64,000 nt of DNA. Source: a virus (lineage: Duplodnaviria; Caudoviricetes). The position numbers and the translations under genes were made by a program. Of the stretch, positions 20,428 to 31,127 are shown piece after piece. Position 1 is the stretch's first letter. Each line of letters opens with the position of its first letter. The stretch lies in the IMG/VR virus record IMGVR_UViG_3300031957_001675, positions 1,576-65,575 of that record. One strand, 5' to 3'. The notes under the pieces were generated by a model, which saw only the letters and a list, made by a program, of their open reading frames with translations, was not told the origin of the DNA and did not search any database.

Positions 20428-21280
20428 TATCAATCTCCTTAGCTAATTCGTAATATCTCATAAGGGTTAAAACTTGTTTTTCTTTTACTACTTTACCAAC
20501 AGTTAAGTTATCAATTTGATTTATTGCTTCTGTTAGTTTGATTTTTGTTATTTTATCAGTAATATTTGGTAATTCTTTTTTCAAATGATTTTTAACTTTT
20601 GAAGACTCTGTTTTAACAAATTCTTTTAATGAATTGGTATTACTAACATTATTTATGTAATTTTTTAACAAACTTCTTTGTGATTCATTTAATGTTTTAT
20701 ACTTTGTATTGAATTTATCAACGAGTATTTGATAAGCAAGTAATCTTAAATCTTTGTCTTTTTTAGTATATTCTTTTAAGACGTGAGCCTTAACTTGTTT
20801 TGCTGTAATTTTCTTACTTGTGATATGTTCAAGTATTGTGAACTTTGCATTAACAGTTTGTTCTGGGTTAAATGTTTCATCAACAGTTTCAGCTTGGAAT
20901 GTATTATAGATAGAAGCAAGAAGTTTATAATTAGAAATACGACCATTAAAAAAATCATCAGAATTGTAATTCTCTTTAATTTCTTTAATTAAATTGTATT
21001 TTTCATTACGTAATTTTGAATTACTTAACTTGTGTCTTGATTTTAATACAATTGACAATAAATCGTGAGCTCTACTCTCAGATTCGTAATGTTTTTCAGA
21101 TAATAACTTATATAATTGAAGTTCTTTACCTAATTCTGTATTTTCATTAAAATATTTTTTTACAATTTTAACTGATTTTGTACTTTTGCCTGCTAAAACG
21201 TCAGCAGTAATTTGTCTTGTTAATAATTCAAAGAGTATACTTGTATTTTTTATCTTTGAATGTTTTAGTTTTCGAACCAT
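20408..21280 (-). CDS. Hypothetical head-cluster protein (helical, Lys-rich)
   Basis: KHSKIKNTSILFELL.RQIT.D N-terminus; immediately downstream of the portal with its own promoter motif. Confidence 0.55.
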   Translation of the reverse strand: MVRKLKHSKIKNTSILFELLTRQITADVLAGKSTKSVKIVKKYFNENTELGKELQLYKLLSEKHYESESRAHDLLSIVLKSRHKLSNSKLRNEKYNLIKEIKENYNSDDFFNGRISNYKLLASIYNTFQAETVDETFNPEQTVNAKFTILEHITSKKITAKQVKAHVLKEYTKKDKDLRLLAYQILVDKFNTKYKTLNESQRSLLKNYINNVSNTNSLKEFVKTESSKVKNHLKKELPNITDKITKIKLTEAINQIDNLTVGKVVKEKQVLTLMRYYELAKEIDNVHKKN

Positions 21281-21318
21281 TACGAAATACTCCAATACTT
21301 AGTTATATTTACTCATAA

Positions 21319-21326
21319 ATAAATAT
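21319..21326 (-). promoter_or_regulatory. Putative late promoter motif ATATTTAT
   Basis: Intergenic, between the portal and the prohead genes. Confidence 0.6.
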
Positions 21327-21350
21327 AAAGTTAACTAATAATTATTCATT

Positions 21351-23186
21351 TCAAGCATCTTTAGTTAAAGAACTTACCTCATTTTGGTATTCATTTTCTA
21401 CTTCAGATGTTTCATTTATAATTTTTATTTCTTTTTTACTAATTTCCATTGATTTTTTTATTTTGTCAAAATGAGCTAGTGCTAATGGTTTACCATATTT
21501 AGGTGCACTACTACCACCTTTTTTCTTATCGTGAGCTCCAAGTGGGTCTCTTCCACGAACTCCACTATCTTTACTATATTTATTTGGTTCTTTTGGTCTA
21601 CCAGCTCCTTCAAAACCACCTTCTGGTGCTCCACCTTTATCATCTAGTTCGTGACCTGTTCTACCCATTGCCATATCTGATGGTGTACCTTGAGCTTCAC
21701 CTGATTTAGCTGGGTCATTACCTTCATTTTCTATTTGTTGTCTTCTAAACTTTTGTTTATAATCAAACACTATCTTATCGTCTTCTTGTTTTATTTGTTC
21801 ATCTGTAAATTCAAATATATTTTTATAAATCCATTCTGATGAAACTAAACCGTCTTGTATCATTGAAGAAGCTAATTGAGTTTTGTTATTCCATAGTTCT
21901 ATTTTTTCTTGTTCATATATAGTAGATGGATTAGTTAAACCTAATTCAAAGTTAACTAAGTCTGAATCTTGATAACCTTGAGCAAATAAATGTACAATAC
22001 CTATTTTAGTTAATTCTGATAATGTGATTCTTTGTATTCTTTCAATCGTACGAGCAAAACGAACATCTTCTGCTGCTAGTGTAGCTTTAGAACCTACTTG
22101 TTCTTCATATCCTAAAAACGCTTTTGGTATTCTAAGTGAAGCTAGTAGTTTATTTTTTAAATATTCAATGTCTTCTGTTGCTTCATAGGTTAAACCAGGT
22201 AATGACTCTATACTTGTACCACTATCACCTCCTCGTACTGGCATAAAGAAATCTTCTGTTATGTTTTGCATATTGTATTTTAAATTATAGTCACCTGTAT
22301 TCTCATCAACAACAGGTGCTTTTTTCATTTTGTTTACAATCTGTTGCATATAATTATCAACTTCACTTGGTGGTATATTACCAATATCAATTTTAAATAC
22401 ACGTTTTTCAGGAGCTCTCATAATTCTATGAATTAACATAGCGTCTTCCATAAGTGTTAATTGTTTCCAAATCTTACGACCACCTTCAACTTGTGATTTA
22501 CCATAAGGTAAATAATTAGAATCAGAAAGTAATCTAAAGTGAGCAACTTCATAATTTTCTAACTCTTCTCTATGAGCAGATGTGTCAGATGGTTTATATC
22601 TATGTTCATTAGTCGCTGATTCTATCATATACTTTACGTACTCTGGATTTTCTGGGTCTAAACCTTCTAATCTTGAAACATCATATACAGACATTGGTAC
22701 TACGTTTGTAATACCATACTTTTCGTTGATTTCTAATTTTAAGAAGAAATCTCCATATTTACACATATTACGAACCCAAGGCCATAAATTAAATTCGATA
22801 TTAATAATATCATAATACAAGTTGTGTAGTATTTGTTTAATTTGGTCGTTGTCTGTTTTAATTTGTAAAACATCACCATATTCTGATTTCATAGTAGATT
22901 CATCTGCATATATATCAAGTGCTGATGATACAATTGGGTCACTATCCATACTTTCATAATCTTTAAAAAGATTTAGTCTCATTGATTTTGTCAATAATGA
23001 ATCTGAATACCCACTAAGACCTGAATTAGTAAATAATTTTTGATATCTATCAATAAGATTATTATGTGCAATAGATTGTGTTCTACTTGTATCAGAAACT
23101 TTTAGTTTTTTTCCACCTACGTTTCTAACAACTACACTCGTAGAAAATAATCTTCTTAATCTACCAAATAATGTTGTGTCGGCCAT
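21351..23186 (-). CDS. gp20: Portal vertex protein (T4 gp20-like)
   Basis: QLTLMEDAMLIHRIMRAPEKRVFKIDIGN, EDFFMPVRGG and DIEYL..KL..SLRIP motifs. Confidence 0.95.
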   Translation of the reverse strand: MADTTLFGRLRRLFSTSVVVRNVGGKKLKVSDTSRTQSIAHNNLIDRYQKLFTNSGLSGYSDSLLTKSMRLNLFKDYESMDSDPIVSSALDIYADESTMKSEYGDVLQIKTDNDQIKQILHNLYYDIINIEFNLWPWVRNMCKYGDFFLKLEINEKYGITNVVPMSVYDVSRLEGLDPENPEYVKYMIESATNEHRYKPSDTSAHREELENYEVAHFRLLSDSNYLPYGKSQVEGGRKIWKQLTLMEDAMLIHRIMRAPEKRVFKIDIGNIPPSEVDNYMQQIVNKMKKAPVVDENTGDYNLKYNMQNITEDFFMPVRGGDSGTSIESLPGLTYEATEDIEYLKNKLLASLRIPKAFLGYEEQVGSKATLAAEDVRFARTIERIQRITLSELTKIGIVHLFAQGYQDSDLVNFELGLTNPSTIYEQEKIELWNNKTQLASSMIQDGLVSSEWIYKNIFEFTDEQIKQEDDKIVFDYKQKFRRQQIENEGNDPAKSGEAQGTPSDMAMGRTGHELDDKGGAPEGGFEGAGRPKEPNKYSKDSGVRGRDPLGAHDKKKGGSSAPKYGKPLALAHFDKIKKSMEISKKEIKIINETSEVENEYQNEVSSLTKDA

Positions 23187-23196
23187 TTTTACCTCT

Positions 23197-24780
23197 TTAG
23201 TTAATTAACCATTCTAATGATTCTTGTTTTTTATTAATATCTATAGTCCAAGTGTTATTTTGAGTGTCTTTAGGTGTATAAGCTCCTTGATTAGAATTAA
23301 TACTACTTACAGCCTTCTTTTGTAATTCTATACCTTCTGTTCTCAATCTAAGTGCAGTTTCTCGTATCCATAATCCCATAGCGTATGACATTACTAAGTC
23401 ATCGTTATAGCCTCTCATCGCTTCTGCTCTACTCCCGTTATATATAAATACAAACAACTCATCAATTAATCTCTGTGAATGTACTATAGATAATTTTTCT
23501 CTAAAAAATTCTTCTAACTTTGCAATAACAAGTGGTCTTGTTTTTTGTGTTAATGTAAATCCAGGTACTACCTGTTTTTCTAAACGATTAATTTTATTAT
23601 TAATTTGTTTATGTGTATCTACATATTGTAAATCTTTACTCATATAAAATAAATTATCATACTGTCTATCTATTACTTGTTGTATTGTAGCCCAACCAAT
23701 ATTATTGTTCTCAATCACTAGTAATGCATTATTATATTCTGTTGCTATATTGACTAGTAGATTACCATAGTCTCTTGTAGATATTCTACCTTTGTATTCT
23801 GCTACTTGTTCGACATTTTCAATATCAATTACGTGAAAAGCAGAATAGTCTGTAGAGTCACCTCTACTCACGTCAGCACATACTATATAATCTTTAGTAT
23901 AGTTTGGTGGTTTCCATATCCACACATTTGAATCTATACCTCTTTTCTCTACAGGTTCAGAAACTTGTGATGTTCTATATTCTTCTAATATTACACCATC
24001 AATAACACTTTGACCAGAAGTAATGAAGTCACAATCACATTCTTGAGCTGCTAGAGATGGACCTAACAATGCATCTTGTTCATCTCTCCATTCTTGACCT
24101 CTATCTGGATGAACAGTCCAAAACAATTTTGTAAAATTAAAGTCATTCAACCCATCTTCAGCATCCATCCAAGTTCTATGAAACCAATTACCAACACCAT
24201 TAGGTGTAGATAAAGCTATACATTGACCACCTGTTGATAACGTCTGAGAAGCAGCTGCCCATATTGTATCAATTTTATCAATAAAAGCTGCCTCATCAAG
24301 TATCAATAATGATAGAGCTTCAGAACGACCACTCTCTTCACCACTTGATACAGCTTTTATTTGAGAACCATTCTTGTATCTTAAACTCAACTTATTATCT
24401 TCAACACAAGGTTGTTTCAACCAACTTGGTAGATTAGCATGCATCACACGAACCTTTGTTACCAAGTTTTTTGCTACCTCTTGTTTAGTAGCAATAACTA
24501 AGATGTTCTTGTCGAGATGAAACGTCATCATCCATAATGAGTACCCAGCAGTTAATGTACTTATACCTAACTGTCGAGCCTTCAATATGATGTTAAGTCG
24601 ATGTTGTACAAACTGTTCAACTGTTTTTTCTTGAAAATCATACAATTGAAATGGTATCTTACCTTTCATTGGATGTTGTATCAAACAATACTTTTTTAAA
24701 AAGTATATAGGGTCTGCAGCACATTTTACATACTCTTGTTTAATTACATCTTTCAACTGCCCTTTTGTGTTTCGGTTCAT
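23197..24780 (-). CDS. gp17: Terminase large subunit (T4 gp17-like)
   Basis: KARQLGIST Walker A, LILDEAAF Walker B, STPNG motif; nuclease DVSRG..DYS, IENNNIG and NDDLVMS. Confidence 0.96.
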   Translation of the reverse strand: MNRNTKGQLKDVIKQEYVKCAADPIYFLKKYCLIQHPMKGKIPFQLYDFQEKTVEQFVQHRLNIILKARQLGISTLTAGYSLWMMTFHLDKNILVIATKQEVAKNLVTKVRVMHANLPSWLKQPCVEDNKLSLRYKNGSQIKAVSSGEESGRSEALSLLILDEAAFIDKIDTIWAAASQTLSTGGQCIALSTPNGVGNWFHRTWMDAEDGLNDFNFTKLFWTVHPDRGQEWRDEQDALLGPSLAAQECDCDFITSGQSVIDGVILEEYRTSQVSEPVEKRGIDSNVWIWKPPNYTKDYIVCADVSRGDSTDYSAFHVIDIENVEQVAEYKGRISTRDYGNLLVNIATEYNNALLVIENNNIGWATIQQVIDRQYDNLFYMSKDLQYVDTHKQINNKINRLEKQVVPGFTLTQKTRPLVIAKLEEFFREKLSIVHSQRLIDELFVFIYNGSRAEAMRGYNDDLVMSYAMGLWIRETALRLRTEGIELQKKAVSSINSNQGAYTPKDTQNNTWTIDINKKQESLEWLIN

Positions 24781-24781
24781 A

Positions 24782-25111
24782 TTAATAAACTACGTGTACA
24801 ATACCTGAGCTACCACTTACTTGTTTTACACCAATTTCATATAGTGTACCAGTTGTGAAGACAGAGGCATCAATAGCATCACCGTCAGTTGGTGTAATAA
24901 ACACTTCGTTTGCAGCCGGTACTTCTTGTACTATAAAGCCACTTGAACCTGCTAATGAACCAGTGTAAAATGTTGAACCAGATGTTTGACTTTTTATTTT
25001 ACTGAACTTAGCGTCATCTTTGTTTAATGAAAGTTTACGACTCGATACATCAGTTCTTTTGTTACCTCTTTCAATCTGAGAACCATAGTCATCAGTTGTT
25101 ATTGTTGCCAT
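24782..25111 (-). CDS. Hypothetical protein (109 aa), possibly structural
   Basis: GGAG RBS, putative late promoter upstream, beta-rich C-terminus. Confidence 0.5.
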   Translation of the reverse strand: MATITTDDYGSQIERGNKRTDVSSRKLSLNKDDAKFSKIKSQTSGSTFYTGSLAGSSGFIVQEVPAANEVFITPTDGDAIDASVFTTGTLYEIGVKQVSGSSGIVHVVY

Positions 25112-25144
25112 TTTTTTCTCCTAATAATAGACAATTCTATATAT

Positions 25145-25152
25145 ATAAATAT
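25145..25152 (-). promoter_or_regulatory. Putative late promoter motif ATATTTAT
   Basis: Intergenic, upstream of the terminase/portal operon. Confidence 0.6.
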
Positions 25153-25153
25153 T

Positions 25154-25678
25154 CTATTTTAAAGAATCTTCTATTTTTTGCAGATGATTTAAGGCTTCAT
25201 CTGCTTGTTCTTTTAACTTTTTAAAATCAATATTCCATTTTTCTTTATCGATTGAGTGACCGTCTGGTGATACTTGATTATACACATCTGGTGCTTTTTG
25301 ATTTTTAAATGATATTAATTGTTCTTTTTGTTCTTTAACCCACGCTCGTTTGTTTTCAATAGCCTTTTTTGTTGCCCACTCATCAAACTTTCCTTCTAAT
25401 CTTAACTTGTGTTCAATATTTATTTGACAATCAAAACAATGACCGTGTAGTAACCACATTTTATCATCTAAACGTTTTTTCATTGTCTTTGTACAGTTTG
25501 GACAAAACCAAGGCATCCGAGCCTCTTTCATAATATCAGATAATCTATCAATTTTATCACCTTGATTCAAATCTTTTTTATCTCGATAGCCAACCATTAC
25601 TCTTTTTTCTGGTGTTTCACCTCGTAAGATAGATTGCATTGCTTTATTCTCTCTTACACTTTCTCTACTTCTTGCCAT
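25154..25678 (-). CDS. Hypothetical CxxC...CxxC zinc-binding protein
   Basis: CPNC...CFDC motif; GGAG RBS. Confidence 0.6.
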   Translation of the reverse strand: MARSRESVRENKAMQSILRGETPEKRVMVGYRDKKDLNQGDKIDRLSDIMKEARMPWFCPNCTKTMKKRLDDKMWLLHGHCFDCQINIEHKLRLEGKFDEWATKKAIENKRAWVKEQKEQLISFKNQKAPDVYNQVSPDGHSIDKEKWNIDFKKLKEQADEALNHLQKIEDSLK

Positions 25679-25686
25679 TATAACTC

Positions 25687-28600
25687 CTAAAAATTTAATA
25701 AACCTAATATTTGATTAACTGGAGCAAACGCACCAGTAAACTTATATGTTTTACCTTTGTATTTAAATACTATTCCTTCTGATGGTACTATAGCTTTTAG
25801 TCCACCGATTTTATTTAATTTATCTAACTGTAATTTTAACGTTTGTATTTTCTTTACATCACCACCACTTTTAACAGTTTTGATTGCGTTAATTACATCT
25901 TTTCTTATTTTTTGTACTGCCTTATCTGGTGAAGCAGCTAAGTAACCACTTATGTTTTTTAAAATTTCAGCACCAACGTCAAAGAACAATACTTCAAATG
26001 GTTTCATATTTTGTTTAACCCATTTTTGATGGTCATTTTTATCAAATGATAATACCCAATCTAAAAACTTTTCATTCTTAATATCTTTTTTTATCATTGG
26101 TATCTTGTATGACTTATTGAAGTACGCCCACCTTTTAGTTAAGTTAACTAAAACTTTATTTGGTATCTTATAATTATACTGCTTTGAAGCATTAAAAATA
26201 AACTCTTCCCAAAATGATTGATGATACATAGCTAACTCATCATTGTCTTTTAACTTATATTGTTTTTGTAATTTATTTAATCTACTCAAATATATTTTTT
26301 TCTTTTTACTAAAATCTTGTACTTTAGGTACTGTTAAAAATTGTGGTTTACCAATTGTATAATTTTTTTGTACATTCTGATTTACTTGTTTAATCATACC
26401 AGCTAACATACGAGCTGAATCTTTTGGTTGACCTATTGCAGTACCGCTTTCATCATACTCTAATGTACCGTGAAATACTATTTGTGCTTTATCATAATCT
26501 ATAACATTTGCAGACTTTGGATACATAACTTCTAAGTTCATCCAACGTTTACCATTACCAAATATCTTTTCTTTTTGTTTATCAGATAAAGAACCTATTG
26601 ATTTATTTAAATCTTTCATTGCGAAAACAAATGCATCTCTTATATCACCTCTACCTGCAAACTTAGATGCTACACCTTTTATGTCCATAGCTGATGACCC
26701 AAAGTTTTTCAATTGACCTTTGTTTCTTGCTGTAACCAATTTATTATTTACCCACGAAATCATTAGATTTTGACCGTCAAGTTTTTCTGTAACCCCATCT
26801 TCTCTATTTAATTTACCACCTAGTCCATTAATAATTATCTGTTTTAAATCTGAAAATGTAATATTTTTGTCATCAAACGGATGATTCATATGTCCGTATG
26901 CTCCACCTTCTAATATCAAACCTTCTTTGATTTCTTTTTTAGATTTTGATTGAGCATTGATAGCACTACCGTGTGTTGCTCCTGGTACGACTAAAACTTT
27001 CTTACCTTGTTTTTTATACTCTTCCATTTTACGAGACATATTATCTCGTCTCAACTGATTCCAAGCTAATTGAGCTTTACCTAATGTGGTTGAACCAGCT
27101 TTACCTGTATCTTCAGGAAAACTTTGATTGAATAGTTGTTTTACTTCTTCACCACTTGGTGGAAACTCACCTTTATACCCATTATCTTTTAGATATTGCT
27201 TACCTTCATCTGTTAGATACGTAGCTTCTTTAGGGTTATCACCTTGTCCTACTAAAAATGCATACATAGCACCTGTCATTTGTGATGGTGTAGCATTCAT
27301 CTTTTTGGCTAAGTCCTTATAGATTGGTGCATCTTGATTAGTGTGTTCGTTGTATTTACCATCCCAAGTATCAACACTACCACCTGCTTTTTCAACCATC
27401 TTACCAATAAGTTCTTGTTCTGTACCCTCGTGGTAATTGTGTCCATCACCTTGTCCACCCTCTCCTAAAAACACTACGTTTTCTGCTCCGTGCTTTTTTA
27501 TAAAATCTTGAACCATTGGAACTACTTGTTTCTTTACAAACTCACCAGCTTTTGGGTCATCATTACTCATATGAGGTGTTCCAATAACCATACTATCATC
27601 GGTTTCGGTTACGTATTGAGCTTTGTGAACTTTTGGTTCGTAACCAACTTCCTCATCACCTAAGTATAAATTACCGTGTGGGTCTTTACCAAAACTTTTA
27701 ATTTTATCCATTCTTTTTTTAGTTGAACCACCATTTTTTTCATCATAATCTCTGTCAAATTCTGCAGGTTGTATTTTTTTAGATGTATCTTGTTTCTCAC
27801 CGTTATCAGTCATACTTTTTGCTTGTTTATAAGCTGGATGTTCTTCACCTTGTTTGAGAGCTCCTTTTACTGTGATTTCTTTTTCATTTCCATCTTTAGT
27901 TTTGTATTTAATTTTTTTGTCCATTACATCATCTTGTTCAATTAGTAATTTCACATAATCATCTAAATTAATTCTTTCTTTTAAATCTAATTTATCTGTT
28001 TCAGTATTTCCTACATTGTCTTTACCAATACCTGGTAAAACTGGAGTCTCTACTTCTACACCTGTATAATTTTTACCATCAGGTGTTATACCCATCCATT
28101 TTAATACTTGATAACCTAAATCTCTTAAAACAGTGCCTTCAATATAATCCTTATATGACTGAATTGGATTATTTGTACCGAAACGAGAACCATACTTACC
28201 AGATGTTTTTCTACCATACGCAACTGCAGGTACAACATTATAATTTAATGTATAGTCAAAGTCAGGGTTTACGGCGTGTTTTCCTAAAATATACTGTAGT
28301 ACTTCCCAACCAGTACCAGCATACATATCATCTATCCATAATTTAGCGAATTTTTTATAATCACTAAATCCTTTATAAAATGTTGGTGGTCCGTCATCAG
28401 TTGGTGTTAGTAACGTAGTGCTTTCTGTTACAAGTTTTTTTATATCATTATTGATTAAAAATTCGTCTATTGATTCAAATAACTTTTTAAACTTATTATT
28501 CATCATAGTGTAGATACCTTTATCAAAGTATCCAAATGCTTTTTTAAATAACTTTTCTCTATTTTTTTCATAATCAGGTGAACCAAGTAATTGTCTCATT

Positions 28601-30615
28601 ACGGTTCCACTAACTTCTTTACCACCTACTTTAACTGAAACGTGTGGTGCTGTAAGAACGTATCCGTTATCTTCATAACCATTCATATTGTTTTTGTTCT
28701 TTTTATAATCTTGAAAGTATTTACCACCTTTTAATCTACCAGCATCTTTAGCTCCAAATATATAAACAACTGCTGTAGTATCTTTATCATATTTCTTTAA
28801 TACGTTTTTAGCCACATAAGGTGACTTCTCTTGTATAATACGATTTTTAGGTACACCCATCTTTACCATATGACGAACTTTCTCTGCAAAGTTCATAGGG
28901 TGTCTTGGTGGTTGTTTTATATTAGATGTAGTGATGTAAGCGTCATCTACTCTTTTCTTTAACCACTCGTAAGTTTTTTTGTGATGAGGACCAAATGGTT
29001 GAAATCTTCCACCATAAATACCTACAACTTTTTTAATTTCTTTTTGTTCATTAACTTTTTTATAACCACTACCATAAGGAACTGAAGTGTTGCCTTTCTT
29101 CTTCATCTTCTCAACACCTTTACGACTAGGTGATGGTATAGTCAATTCATTTTTTTTCTTAGTTTTCTTTTTCATTTTGTTGATGAATGCTCTATACACT
29201 GCCGCTTGAGAAGCTTTACCCATTTCTTTTGCTCGTTGTTCCATAGCAACTGCTGCTTGTATTTTGTGAGCGTGAGACTTACCACTATTTTTAATTTTAC
29301 TTACAGATGCTTGAGCGTCTTTTACTGTTGCGAACTTTAGTCCTTTTATTGTTCCTTTTGGATTTTCATCTGTATATAAATCTGAATGAGATTTTGAACC
29401 TCTATGTTGTCCTTTTTTTCTTGGTACTCTTGGTGCTTCTATTACAGGTTCATAACCTTTTTTCTTTTTATTTGGTTTCTTATCTTGATTACCACCTATT
29501 TCTTTATCATCATCATCAAAGTCATACGTATCTGGTTCTGATAGTGAACCCATTTGGTTTGCACTCATAGAATATTTATGGTGTTTTGAAAAATTTTTAC
29601 CAGCATCTGTTTCTGGTTTATTCTTAATCTTTTTAATCTTATCTGTTACTTTAGTTGGTAGTGCTTCTGAAAGACCTTGTTTTTTTAATATTTGTTGTTT
29701 TTTAATCCAACGTTTAGCTAGTTTATTTTTTATAGGTAACTTTAAAAATTTACTTACACCTTTTCTAACTAATGATGCAAATTTCTTTTGAGCTTCTTGA
29801 GGTTTTAAAAATTTAGAATTATCTACGATTAAAAAATTTTGTTTAAAAAGATTTTGAAACTTACCTAAATTAGATTGAACATCTTTCCAACTTTTTTCTA
29901 ATAAGTCTGGTGGTAATATTCTATCTCTTTCTTGATTTCTTTGTTGAGCAACTTCTAAAGATGTATTAACGAAAACCATATATGTGTCATAACCATCTTC
30001 TTGTAATTCTCTTTTCATTTTAGCAAGTTTACCAAAGTCGTGACCAGTACCATCTATAATCATACCCAACTTACCTTTTTGGTATAACTTCATTCTTTGT
30101 ACAGTAAGTGATTTAGCAAAATCTCTTAAACCACTTTTTCCTTTAGCTGTTAAGTCTTTGAACACCTCATCTGGCATCTTATCTAAATCTGTACCAAAAC
30201 CAAACTTGTTTAAAAGAAACTTTAACTCTTTATCTGAGTTAACCATCTTCATACCACTTACACTAATGTTTAATCTTTCAGGTATTCCAAATAGTTGTTT
30301 AGCTACATAAGTCTTACCACTACCTGGCCCTCCAGCTAAGAATACAGCTTTGAATATACCTGGGTCATTTACACCCTCTGTAACTTTTTTCTTTTTTGCA
30401 TTAAGAAATTTTCTACTATTTTTTTTAGGGATTCTAAATGTAGTGGCTTTTCTACCATTGATAGTCGGCATACCGTGTACATCTTTACGTATAGATTTAA
30501 CAACAGTTTTTTTATTTTTAAATCTACCTGTAAGGATAGTATCACCAACCTTTACTGGTATAGTGATGTCCTCTTCTAAAAAAGGTTTAGTTAACCATTC
30601 GGTTAATTTTTTCAT
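25687..30615 (-). CDS. 1642-aa multidomain polyprotein: P-loop kinase, HIGH-type nucleotidyltransferase, TraB/TIKI-like domain and ATP-dependent ligase-like domain
   Basis: GGPGSGKT...IIDGTG (kinase); GGRFQPFGPHH...SGT.MR (nucleotidyltransferase); IGTPH...GE...R..M...VLVVPGATH (TraB/TIKI-like); EKLDG...EGIVFK...K.TG (ligase motifs I, IV, V). Confidence 0.75.
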   Translation of the reverse strand: MKKLTEWLTKPFLEEDITIPVKVGDTILTGRFKNKKTVVKSIRKDVHGMPTINGRKATTFRIPKKNSRKFLNAKKKKVTEGVNDPGIFKAVFLAGGPGSGKTYVAKQLFGIPERLNISVSGMKMVNSDKELKFLLNKFGFGTDLDKMPDEVFKDLTAKGKSGLRDFAKSLTVQRMKLYQKGKLGMIIDGTGHDFGKLAKMKRELQEDGYDTYMVFVNTSLEVAQQRNQERDRILPPDLLEKSWKDVQSNLGKFQNLFKQNFLIVDNSKFLKPQEAQKKFASLVRKGVSKFLKLPIKNKLAKRWIKKQQILKKQGLSEALPTKVTDKIKKIKNKPETDAGKNFSKHHKYSMSANQMGSLSEPDTYDFDDDDKEIGGNQDKKPNKKKKGYEPVIEAPRVPRKKGQHRGSKSHSDLYTDENPKGTIKGLKFATVKDAQASVSKIKNSGKSHAHKIQAAVAMEQRAKEMGKASQAAVYRAFINKMKKKTKKKNELTIPSPSRKGVEKMKKKGNTSVPYGSGYKKVNEQKEIKKVVGIYGGRFQPFGPHHKKTYEWLKKRVDDAYITTSNIKQPPRHPMNFAEKVRHMVKMGVPKNRIIQEKSPYVAKNVLKKYDKDTTAVVYIFGAKDAGRLKGGKYFQDYKKNKNNMNGYEDNGYVLTAPHVSVKVGGKEVSGTVMRQLLGSPDYEKNREKLFKKAFGYFDKGIYTMMNNKFKKLFESIDEFLINNDIKKLVTESTTLLTPTDDGPPTFYKGFSDYKKFAKLWIDDMYAGTGWEVLQYILGKHAVNPDFDYTLNYNVVPAVAYGRKTSGKYGSRFGTNNPIQSYKDYIEGTVLRDLGYQVLKWMGITPDGKNYTGVEVETPVLPGIGKDNVGNTETDKLDLKERINLDDYVKLLIEQDDVMDKKIKYKTKDGNEKEITVKGALKQGEEHPAYKQAKSMTDNGEKQDTSKKIQPAEFDRDYDEKNGGSTKKRMDKIKSFGKDPHGNLYLGDEEVGYEPKVHKAQYVTETDDSMVIGTPHMSNDDPKAGEFVKKQVVPMVQDFIKKHGAENVVFLGEGGQGDGHNYHEGTEQELIGKMVEKAGGSVDTWDGKYNEHTNQDAPIYKDLAKKMNATPSQMTGAMYAFLVGQGDNPKEATYLTDEGKQYLKDNGYKGEFPPSGEEVKQLFNQSFPEDTGKAGSTTLGKAQLAWNQLRRDNMSRKMEEYKKQGKKVLVVPGATHGSAINAQSKSKKEIKEGLILEGGAYGHMNHPFDDKNITFSDLKQIIINGLGGKLNREDGVTEKLDGQNLMISWVNNKLVTARNKGQLKNFGSSAMDIKGVASKFAGRGDIRDAFVFAMKDLNKSIGSLSDKQKEKIFGNGKRWMNLEVMYPKSANVIDYDKAQIVFHGTLEYDESGTAIGQPKDSARMLAGMIKQVNQNVQKNYTIGKPQFLTVPKVQDFSKKKKIYLSRLNKLQKQYKLKDNDELAMYHQSFWEEFIFNASKQYNYKIPNKVLVNLTKRWAYFNKSYKIPMIKKDIKNEKFLDWVLSFDKNDHQKWVKQNMKPFEVLFFDVGAEILKNISGYLAASPDKAVQKIRKDVINAIKTVKSGGDVKKIQTLKLQLDKLNKIGGLKAIVPSEGIVFKYKGKTYKFTGAFAPVNQILGLLNF

Positions 30616-30618
30616 TGA

Positions 30619-31125
30619 CTACCACTTTCTACAAGACCAGTATCGAGCTTTATGTCTTGGTCCTGGATTATCACAATTGTGTCTTGCTCTAAAAGCTTTA
30701 CGTGCTTTTGGATTTGATTTACGTATTCTCATTGTACCACCTTTAGCATCTCCACCTTGTCCAAAGTTAACTTTAACTACATTACCTTTTGGATTTTTTA
30801 CATATACTTTAAACTTCTTAGCATCACCCTGCATTATCTTACCAAGTTTTACTTTTCTACCTTGATACTCAGCTTCCATCATTGGTTGTTTTTCAAATTC
30901 GAACGTATAACCACAACCCTCACCTAAAGAATTTTCCCAATAGATTTCAGCAACACAATTAGGTACCATCTTATCACCTTTTTTCTTCATACCAACTTGT
31001 TGATACCCTACCCAACAAGTACCTCTTGCCTCGTCTTTACGCTTACCATCTTTATCGTATTTACCACTTTTCTTTTTTGCTATAGCAATAGCTGCTTGTT
31101 GTGCTGCACTAGATGCTTCTTTCAT
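30619..31125 (-). CDS. Modular basic protein with Cys-containing mini-domains
   Basis: Modules SAAQQAAIAIAKK, CWVGY...KKG.KMVPNCV and KVNFG...RKAFRARHNC...RYWSC, separated by E-ending linkers. Likely start is ATG 31125, 2 nt after the upstream stop. Confidence 0.6.
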   Translation of the reverse strand: MKEASSAAQQAAIAIAKKKSGKYDKDGKRKDEARGTCWVGYQQVGMKKKGDKMVPNCVAEIYWENSLGEGCGYTFEFEKQPMMEAEYQGRKVKLGKIMQGDAKKFKVYVKNPKGNVVKVNFGQGGDAKGGTMRIRKSNPKARKAFRARHNCDNPGPRHKARYWSCRKW

Positions 31126-31127
31126 AA

